The notes beneath the pieces are model-generated. The model was not told the DNA's origin, ran no database searches, and saw only the letters and a program-made list of their open reading frames with translations. 32,000 bases of DNA from positions 1 through 32,000 of IMG/VR virus record IMGVR_UViG_3300045988_146546. One strand, given 5' to 3'. Shown piece after piece: positions 23,809 through 29,348 of this stretch (its first letter is position 1; each line of letters opens with the position of its first letter). Made by a program: the position numbers and the translations under genes. Source of the DNA: a virus.

Positions 23809-23827
23809 TTTGTACACTGTACAAAAT
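23809..23827. promoter_or_regulatory. Palindromic box copy 2 (TTTGTACACTGTACAAAAT) upstream of the HNH/terminase operon
   Basis: Identical to 1314..1332. Non-coding context. Confidence 0.5.
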
Positions 23828-24246
23828 GAAGAAATTCAGATTTTACCCCCTTGTCGCACACCCATGACCCAGTTTTTTTGAACTCCCCACGCCGTTCCCC
23901 AAAACCCAAAAAACTTTTGAAAGATAGGGGGGTCTATGCTGATCTGATCCATGCCCTGGGCGCTTTCAGGGTTAAAAATCAAACCTATGCAGCTACCACT
24001 ACACCGCACCGTTCACGGCTTCAATCATATGACATTCATATATTTATTATTGTGTTGAAATATTTTTCAACATGCGTTGTTGAAAGCGTTCTTTCATAAC
24101 ATTGCCATGACTACATTAATAGAACACGCGCGCACGTTCTTATATATGCAAAAAGTCTTGCATCACTCCAATACATTGAATCATGCGCACCCGTTCCATA
24201 TGTTCAAGCGTGCTCCTTGTCTTCCTGGAACTGAAGCAAACCCCAC

Positions 24247-24271
24247 AAAAAAAAGGACGTTCACAACGTCC
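24247..24271 (-). terminator. Intrinsic terminator (minus strand)
   Basis: The minus strand reads GGACGT-tgtga-ACGTCC followed by TTTTTTTT. Confidence 0.65.
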
Positions 24272-24401
24272 ATACATGTATATATTTAATGGTCTGTTAA
24301 CTATATGTTATAAGACTAGAACCAAACACGCTTAAAAGCCTTTTAAATAGGCACTCGCAAGCACGTTTAAAAAGATAAAAGCTTTTTGAAAAAATGAGCA
24401 T

Positions 24402-24436
24402 AAAAAAAAGACGGTTTTATATTTTCGTTCCGTCTT
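24402..24436 (-). terminator. Intrinsic terminator of the XRE-like gene
   Basis: The minus strand reads AAGACGG-(15-nt loop)-CCGTCTT followed by TTTTTTTT. The stem includes the last codons of the gene. Confidence 0.55.
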
Positions 24437-24653
24437 CAAATTCAAAATAACATCTATATTTTGCGCCTATCGCTTGCGCCATTTTTTCTAGCTCTTCATC
24501 TGTGAACTTTTCGCGTTTGATTCTAGTACTTATATTTTGTTTGGTGCATCCAAACGAATCCGCTATATATTGTTGATTCTTATGAGCATAAGCAAGCGCG
24601 GCTATAATTTGATTTTCTTTCATATAATATACGTCCTCCCGTTCTATATTCAT
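24417..24653 (-). CDS. XRE-family HTH regulator (repressor-like)
   Basis: HTH QQYIADSFGCTKQNISTRIKR. Transcribed divergently from the plus-strand block. The start is either the ATG at 24653 (possibly leaderless) or the ATG at 24623, which lies after GGGAGGA. Confidence 0.75.
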   Translation of the reverse strand: MNIEREDVYYMKENQIIAALAYAHKNQQYIADSFGCTKQNISTRIKREKFTDEELEKMAQAIGAKYRCYFEFEDGTKI

Positions 24654-24658
24654 TTTAT

Positions 24659-24687
24659 AATATCAAACGTTTTTTTGCAATAATCAA
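24659..24687 (-). promoter_or_regulatory. Candidate promoter of the XRE gene (leaderless geometry)
   Basis: The minus strand has TTGATT, a 17-nt spacer and GATATT. The ATG at 24653 begins 6 nt after the -10. Palindrome AAACGTTT (24665..24672) lies in the spacer. Confidence 0.4.
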
Positions 24688-24707
24688 ACATTTATTTTAT
24701 TTTTTGC

Positions 24708-24736
24708 TTGACAATGTAAAACGTTCGTTTTATTAT
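24708..24736 (+). promoter_or_regulatory. Near-consensus sigma-70-type promoter of the plus-strand ArdA block
   Basis: TTGACA (24708..24713), exactly 17 nt, then TATTAT (24731..24736). The spacer contains the inverted repeat AAAACG-TT-CGTTTT (24718..24731). Confidence 0.7.
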
Positions 24737-24779
24737 GTAAATGTCTTAAGAGACAAGCCACACGAAAGGAGGTGCAAAC

Positions 24780-24947
24780 GTGGCAAAGTATAAACGTAGC
24801 AAACCGATGAAACGTCGCGATAGAAAAAAGCGCGAAAAAAAAGAGCGCATGATTTCGTACCTATCCAAAACGTTCGAAATTATATACACGCTCTTAATCG
24901 GTGAAGCCCTCAAGCTTCTTGCTAAATATCTAAGTGACTTATTTTAG
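24780..24947 (+). CDS. Small, very basic protein (55 aa, GTG start), not in the ORF track
   Basis: AGGAGG lies 7 nt before the GTG. My translation is MAKYKRSKPMKRRDRKKREKKERMISYLSKTFEIIYTLLIGEALKLLAKYLSDLF. First ORF after the strong promoter. Confidence 0.45.
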   Translation: MAKYKRSKPMKRRDRKKREKKERMISYLSKTFEIIYTLLIGEALKLLAKYLSDLF

Positions 24948-24955
24948 TCACTTAG
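24930..24955 (+). promoter_or_regulatory. Perfect 10-bp inverted repeat (CTAAGTGACT-tatttt-AGTCACTTAG)
   Basis: Read directly from the sequence. It spans the stop codon of the 55-aa ORF. No clear U tract follows, so it is an attenuator, processing site or protein-binding site rather than a clean terminator. Confidence 0.4.
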
Positions 24956-25074
24956 GTACTTATATTATACCACGTTTTAAAATATGGAACTACTAAAAAT
25001 AGCGTTATTACTATCGTTAGCATTCAATGCATATCTTTTAAAAAAAATGATTGAAAAGTAAGGAGGTAAAGATT

Positions 25075-25575
25075 ATGTGTGAAATGAAAGCTTATATTAC
25101 AAATTTAGGTAAATACAATGAGGGTTGTTTAGTTGGTAAATGGATTGATTTCCCTATCGATGAGGATGATTTTACAAGCGAACTTGAAAGCATTGGAGTG
25201 AAAGAAAACACAATGTATGAAGAGTGGTTTGTTACTGATTATGACTGTTCGTTATTCGATATGTATGATGCATTCGGTGAATATCCAAGCATTGACGATA
25301 TTAATGAAGTGGCTGAAGCATTAGAAAAAAATGAAAGTGAATTCACTGCATTAATGGAAGTATGCAGCTATACGGATGCATTAAAATACTTAAAAAGTGA
25401 AAACTACACTTTTTATGAAGGCATGACATTGGAAGATGTAGCTTATGAACTTGTAGAAGAATGTTATGAGCTTCCAGAAATTGCTCAAAGATATTTTGAT
25501 TATAAAGCGTTCGCGCGTGATCTTGGCTATGATGGATATTGTGAAACTTCAACCGGAGTTATTTACACATGCTAA
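25075..25575 (+). CDS. ardA: Anti-restriction protein ArdA (DNA mimic, anti-Type I R-M)
   Basis: YITNLGKYNEGCLVGKWIDFPIDEDDF at the N-terminus and YFDYKAFARDLGYDGYCETSTGVIY at the C-terminus match my memory of Tn916 Orf18/ArdA. Strongly acidic. The ATG at 25075 is 8 nt after AGGAGG; the track start at 25051 is an upstream TTG. Confidence 0.88.
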   Translation: MCEMKAYITNLGKYNEGCLVGKWIDFPIDEDDFTSELESIGVKENTMYEEWFVTDYDCSLFDMYDAFGEYPSIDDINEVAEALEKNESEFTALMEVCSYTDALKYLKSENYTFYEGMTLEDVAYELVEECYELPEIAQRYFDYKAFARDLGYDGYCETSTGVIYTC

Positions 25576-25595
25576 CACGTAGAAAACTCGACAAT

Positions 25596-25630
25596 ATGAG
25601 CGCCTTCAAGGTGCTCATACTTGCTTTTTT
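25596..25630 (+). terminator. Terminator/attenuator after ardA
   Basis: ATGAGCGCCTT-c-AAGGTGCTCAT (one G-T pair) followed by ACTTGCTTTTTT. Confidence 0.5.
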
Positions 25631-25733
25631 AAAATTGTATTTAGCAGCGTGCACGGCTTCTTTGATCATGGGCTTAATATTGGGCCTATTATGCATAGTG
25701 TTGCCACTTATATATTAAATGTGAGGTTTAAAC

Positions 25734-26006
25734 ATGGAACTTTTAGAAATTAAATTATTGCATAAATACGCAAGAATAAGATCATATATGAATGATCTTA
25801 TTTCTGGTAATTTTGTTGTGTATGATTTTCTTTATGAGTGTCTAGCGGATCATATTGAATCATTTATTTATGATCTTGCTTATATTGAAAATGAAAAAGT
25901 AATAAATATTTATTACGATCAATTATTAAGTGATTCTAAACAAGTAAGCAAAGAACTTTATACACTTGTTATAACTATTTTTGAAGATAATGAATGGAGA
26001 TTTTAG
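25734..26006 (+). CDS. Hypothetical acidic protein (90 aa)
   Basis: ORF with GAGG upstream (tgtGAGGtttaaacATG). No motif recognised. Confidence 0.55.
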   Translation: MELLEIKLLHKYARIRSYMNDLISGNFVVYDFLYECLADHIESFIYDLAYIENEKVINIYYDQLLSDSKQVSKELYTLVITIFEDNEWRF

Positions 26007-26254
26007 AAATGAACAATAAAGAATATATCGAATCAGTAGAAAAAAAGATTGATCAGCTCAACGCAAATAGTCTAAAGGCAAATAGTCTAATGCCTTTTTC
26101 GATAAATAGACATTTAAATGGGCTATATGATCTCAATTATGGCATGGATGTAATCGCATGGATGCTAAAGCCGCGTGAACTTTGGCAGCTTGTAAACACT
26201 TTATGCATTTTGCATATTTTAGGAGGGCTTAAGAATGACAATGTGGAAGCGTGA
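25994..26254 (+). CDS. Hypothetical protein (about 81 aa)
   Basis: The ATG at 26009 (MNNKEY), after GGAG plus 9 nt, is a more likely start than 25994. Confidence 0.5.
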   Translation: MEILEMNNKEYIESVEKKIDQLNANSLKANSLMPFSINRHLNGLYDLNYGMDVIAWMLKPRELWQLVNTLCILHILGGLKNDNVEA

Positions 26255-26810
26255 GCGAAAACATTTTCGTTATTATGTTACAAACGAAAGAAAACAACCA
26301 CATATATATGTTGAAGCGTTAGGAACTCCAAGCGCTTCAACTGAAAAAGTACTAAAAGATCATGGCTTTAAGTTTGATCATAATAAATGCATGTATGCAG
26401 CAGTTCAAACGAATGACTTGCGTCTTTTCGTTGCCCATGAACTTGACAAGATTTTTAGCTATGATATTCAGTTATTTTATAATACAGAAGCAAAAAAAGA
26501 GTTATGTATACCAGATATCCAAGAAATAAAAGATATCTGTTATTTCTTAAAAATTTATAAATGTTATATTGACATATTGAATAAGGATCTTTTTAAGATC
26601 TGTAAGCCTGGATCAAAAAGCTTGCTAGCAACTTATAACACTAGCTTTAAAACTATAGATGTTTTTAATAGAAACAAGCTTATAGAAAGCTATGTGTATA
26701 ATAATGGTAAAATCGAAAAAATGAGCGTTGAAAAAGCTGCACCAAAAAAGAAGAAAGCAGCACCAGAACAACAAAAGATCAATATGGAAGAGTTTGAGTT
26801 TCCGTTTTAG
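26235..26810 (+). CDS. Hypothetical protein with a Lys/Pro linker and an SSB-like acidic-aromatic C-terminal tip (EEFEFPF)
   Basis: AGGAGGG lies 7 nt before the ATG. The C-terminus is KAAPKKKKAAPEQQKINMEEFEFPF. Confidence 0.6.
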   Translation: MTMWKRERKHFRYYVTNERKQPHIYVEALGTPSASTEKVLKDHGFKFDHNKCMYAAVQTNDLRLFVAHELDKIFSYDIQLFYNTEAKKELCIPDIQEIKDICYFLKIYKCYIDILNKDLFKICKPGSKSLLATYNTSFKTIDVFNRNKLIESYVYNNGKIEKMSVEKAAPKKKKAAPEQQKINMEEFEFPF

Positions 26811-26823
26811 GAGGTAAAAATAT

Positions 26824-27399
26824 ATGGGATATATTGGCAATAAAATGAGCGTGCGCGCTTATGAAGCTTATGAAAGTGGTGAAAAGCCACTTTCTAAATG
26901 GTCAAAAGTTGCTATAATTAATACAATTTTAAATTATAGAGATGATTTTAAATATGATGATCTTAAAAAGTATAGTAAGGATGTTTTAAAAGTTTTCCTA
27001 ACATATTCAAGCTGGCATCATACCGGAACGTATTTCAATGAAACAGCGTTTTATAGTTTGGATGAAAGTTTTATCGAGAACGAAAAAGATTATATTTTTG
27101 AAGTTTTAAATAAAAAAGTGAAAGAATTAAAAAGAGAAAAAGAAGAAAAAAAGATTCAAAAAGATAAAGAAAAACTCGAAAAATGTCATTTTGTTTATAC
27201 CGAATTTGAAGGAACTCGAAAACATCCGAAAGCTGTTGATCGTGAAGCATATGGAATAATAAAAGGCAATTGGATATATACGGAGTTTGGCAAAAAGTCA
27301 TTAAATGGTAAATACATTTATAAAGTAAAAAAGTTTGATCGTGCGCCACGCGGAACGGCCCAAATCTTTAAAAATATCGAAAAAAGAATTAAAAAATAG
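26824..27399 (+). CDS. Hypothetical protein (191 aa) with a central Lys/Glu-rich helix
   Basis: GGAGG lies 8 nt before the ATG. N-terminus is MSVRAYEAYESGEKPLSKWSK. No function recognised. Confidence 0.6.
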   Translation: MGYIGNKMSVRAYEAYESGEKPLSKWSKVAIINTILNYRDDFKYDDLKKYSKDVLKVFLTYSSWHHTGTYFNETAFYSLDESFIENEKDYIFEVLNKKVKELKREKEEKKIQKDKEKLEKCHFVYTEFEGTRKHPKAVDREAYGIIKGNWIYTEFGKKSLNGKYIYKVKKFDRAPRGTAQIFKNIEKRIKK

Positions 27400-27421
27400 C
27401 AGCTTATAAAAGGCTTCATCG

Positions 27422-27430
27422 TGCTATAAT
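27422..27430 (+). promoter_or_regulatory. Extended -10 promoter (TGCTATAAT) for the RHH gene
   Basis: Exact TGnTATAAT about 45 nt before the ATG at 27476. It follows an imperfect copy of the CAGC(C/T)TATAAAAGGCT hairpin sequence. Confidence 0.45.
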
Positions 27431-27475
27431 TTGTAATATATAAATATATAAAAATACTTAAAGGAGGAAACAATA

Positions 27476-27946
27476 ATGGCTAGATCAGCAAAAGAAATAA
27501 CATTTAAATGCAATCATGAATTAGTTGAGAAATTTGAAGATGCGTGTGATAAATTACGCATCGAAGAAAACGAAGTATTCAGAAATGCAATGAGAAGAAT
27601 AATCCAAGAAAGCAAAAGAGAAGAAGCTAGAACAAAAAAAGAATTAGACGAAGTTTTGGCTATTGTGGATAAATTCAAAAGTGGGGAAAACCTTACACTT
27701 GAAGAAATTAAAACTCTAGCATACACAGATATACATATGCTAGATACAGATGAATGGAGTTCTGTAGACGACACTCTTTCCTATATTTTGGAAGAATATG
27801 GGGAGGAGTTGTCTGAATATGACGATCGTTTCCCTAATAATCCGTATCTATACGGATATATCTTAGAAGGACATACCTTTGTGACTGGTTACACTGGTGT
27901 GGCTGGTTGCTATTGGTATGAAGAAACGGGGATGCTATGCGCTTAA
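27476..27946 (+). CDS. Ribbon-helix-helix (CopG/Arc-like) N-terminal domain protein with an acidic C-terminal domain
   Basis: EITFKCNHELVEKFEDACDKLRIEENEVFRNAMRRII fits a strand-helix-helix pattern. The C-terminal region is rich in D/E/Y. Confidence 0.55.
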   Translation: MARSAKEITFKCNHELVEKFEDACDKLRIEENEVFRNAMRRIIQESKREEARTKKELDEVLAIVDKFKSGENLTLEEIKTLAYTDIHMLDTDEWSSVDDTLSYILEEYGEELSEYDDRFPNNPYLYGYILEGHTFVTGYTGVAGCYWYEETGMLCA

Positions 27947-27980
27947 AAAAATAACAGCCTATAAAAGGCTGCTTTTTTTA
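27944..27980. terminator. Bidirectional terminator between convergent units
   Basis: CAGCCT-ataaa-AGGCTG flanked by AAAAAAATAA on one side and CTTTTTTTA on the other. It overlaps the stop of the M78 gene. Confidence 0.7.
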
Positions 27981-28535
27981 TACTTTCATTTTGCTTATTT
28001 GCTTCTGGATCAGCTGCTTTTTGACTGGATTAGATGCGAAAAAGTTCATGAAAAGTTTAGTTTTAAACTCATATTCTTTTTGATCCATTTCTTTTATATC
28101 CAAAACTCTTTTAAATATCACTATCGCAATAAAGTTTGCAAACAAGTTTGCATCTTTTTCTATTTCCTGATTCTCATAGTGTTTGCTGCTTGAATCCTTA
28201 TAACTTTCAAATTCTTTTTTCCATATAGAAACGCTTCTTTCATCTATAGAAAACACTTTTTGATTCTTCTTATATACACATGCATATTGATATAAATGTC
28301 TAATTTCATGAGCTAGATATATATAAACTAGACTTCTATCTTTGCATAAATCCAAGTTCACACAAATTACATTTTCTTTAGGGTATGATGTGCATATGCT
28401 GGTATCTTTCACTTGAAAAAGTTCTTTTTTGATTGGCTTATTTTTAAGATCATAGACCTTATCATTTACTTTAAAGTAAACTTTTGGAATCTTTATATTT
28501 AATAGTGTGCATAGAAAACTTACATAATCATTCAT
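27978..28535 (-). CDS. M78-family (ImmA/IrrE-like) zinc metallopeptidase
   Basis: HExxH as LAHEIRHLY, plus downstream EIEKDANLFANF, which matches the E-x-(E/D)-A-N-x-F-A motif of COG2856/DUF955 proteins. Confidence 0.65.
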   Translation of the reverse strand: MNDYVSFLCTLLNIKIPKVYFKVNDKVYDLKNKPIKKELFQVKDTSICTSYPKENVICVNLDLCKDRSLVYIYLAHEIRHLYQYACVYKKNQKVFSIDERSVSIWKKEFESYKDSSSKHYENQEIEKDANLFANFIAIVIFKRVLDIKEMDQKEYEFKTKLFMNFFASNPVKKQLIQKQISKMKV

Positions 28536-28541
28536 GCATCC

Positions 28542-28570
28542 ATTATATCCGAAAAACTTTATTTTGAAAA
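28542..28570 (-). promoter_or_regulatory. Candidate promoter of the M78 gene (leaderless geometry)
   Basis: The minus strand has TTTTCA, a 17-nt spacer and TATAAT. The ATG begins 6 nt after the -10. No Shine-Dalgarno sequence. Confidence 0.4.
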
Positions 28571-28656
28571 ACTTATTTATCTAGGATCAAAAAAACTTTT
28601 TCAAGTTGTTCTTGAGACGTTGGAAAAAACTTTTGAGATCCTTTTTCGTGTTTGCA
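28567..28656 (-). pseudogene. 3' remnant of a fourth paralog of the small-protein array
   Basis: 90 nt, 84/90 identical by my alignment to 29022..29111 (the 3' end of the 29028..29348 gene). It would encode ...SQKFFPTSQEQLEKVFLILDK-stop but has no 5' part. Confidence 0.7.
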
Positions 28657-28670
28657 AGGCGCTATTTAAT

Positions 28671-29009
28671 TTAAAACATATAATGTACATCGTTCACTTT
28701 TTTAAATTTAAGAAATTTCCCATTTAAAAAGCTATTATAATCTAAGATCGTAAACACTTTTATTAAATTTGATTTTGAATAAAGTTGAAAATACTTTGAA
28801 TCCTTTTTACGATTATTCCCAATATCTTTATTCAATAACTTTGCAACCAAACTACTAAACTTTTCTTTATTGACATCGAAATACCATGATTCTTTAGAAC
28901 CATCTGTTTCTAAACACATAATTTCTTCATCATCCGAACATACAACAACTATTGTTGTATCTTTATAACTTATATAAATATCAGCATGTAAAAACTTATC
29001 TTCAAACAT
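28671..29009 (-). CDS. Small paralog P3 (112 aa), unknown family
   Basis: Shares blocks with P1 and P2: YISYKDTTIVVVCSDDEE, YFDVNKEKFSSLVAKLL, NLIKVFTILD. GAGG lies 7 nt before the ATG. Confidence 0.65.
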   Translation of the reverse strand: MFEDKFLHADIYISYKDTTIVVVCSDDEEIMCLETDGSKESWYFDVNKEKFSSLVAKLLNKDIGNNRKKDSKYFQLYSKSNLIKVFTILDYNSFLNGKFLKFKKVNDVHYMF

Positions 29010-29027
29010 TACAATACCCTCAAAAAC

Positions 29028-29348
29028 TTATTTATCTAGGATTAAAAAAACTTTTTCTAATTGTTCTTGAGACGTTGGAAAAAACTTTTGAGATTCTTTT
29101 TCATGCTTGCATAGAATCGAACCGTCAAAAAACTTTTCCAGCAACTGAGAAAACTTTTCTTTCTTCACATAATAAACATAATTCACAGGCACATCTTCAT
29201 CATCATGCGCATTGTATTCAAAAACTTTTTCAACAAACTTAGAACAAATAACACCAATCTGTACATTATCATACTTCACAAAAACTTCTTTGTAAGGAAA
29301 CTTATTTTCATCCATTTCATCACTCCTAAAAAACTTTCTACATATCAA
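29028..29348 (-). CDS. Small paralog P2 (about 95 aa from the ATG at 29315), unknown family
   Basis: Blocks FVKYDNVQIGVICS, YYVKKEKFSQLLEKF, QLEKVFLILD. The track start is TTG. The ATG at 29315 follows AGGAG plus 7 nt. Confidence 0.65.
   Translation of the reverse strand: MICRKFFRSDEMDENKFPYKEVFVKYDNVQIGVICSKFVEKVFEYNAHDDEDVPVNYVYYVKKEKFSQLLEKFFDGSILCKHEKESQKFFPTSQEQLEKVFLILDK

Noticed and set aside
23851-24289. Plus-strand ORFs 23851..24099 (82 aa) and 24077..24289 (70 aa) in the G+C-richer region.
   Set aside because: They have no RBS, and Pro/Arg/His/Thr-rich composition that simply mirrors the C-rich strand. They cross hairpins and a terminator. The region is better explained as non-coding cos/leader DNA.
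24984-25061. 25-aa hydrophobic ORF (MELLKIALLLSLAFNAYLLKKMIEK) just upstream of ardA.
   Set aside because: It has no RBS and is very short. It may act as a leader peptide, but nothing in the sequence supports translation.
25596-25718. 40-aa very hydrophobic ORF (MSAFKVLILAFLKLYLAACTASLIMGLILGLLCIVLPLIY) after ardA.
   Set aside because: It has no Shine-Dalgarno sequence, and its first 23 nt form the stem of the terminator-like hairpin. From sequence alone I cannot distinguish a real small membrane peptide from a chance ORF. It is left uncalled.
27401-27418. A second terminator at 27401..27418 (AGCTTATAAAAGGCTT) after the 26824..27399 gene.
   Set aside because: It is an imperfect copy of the 27955..27971 hairpin with a mismatch in a 6-bp stem and no U tract. 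It is probably a decayed duplicate and was not called as a functional terminator.
28567-29111. Whether the two 90-nt near-identical segments (28567..28656 and 29022..29111) represent a CRISPR-like or other regular repeat array.
   Set aside because: There are only two copies, about 450 nt apart. One lies inside a coding sequence and keeps its reading frame. This is gene duplication and decay, not a spacer-repeat array. No CRISPR array exists anywhere in the window.
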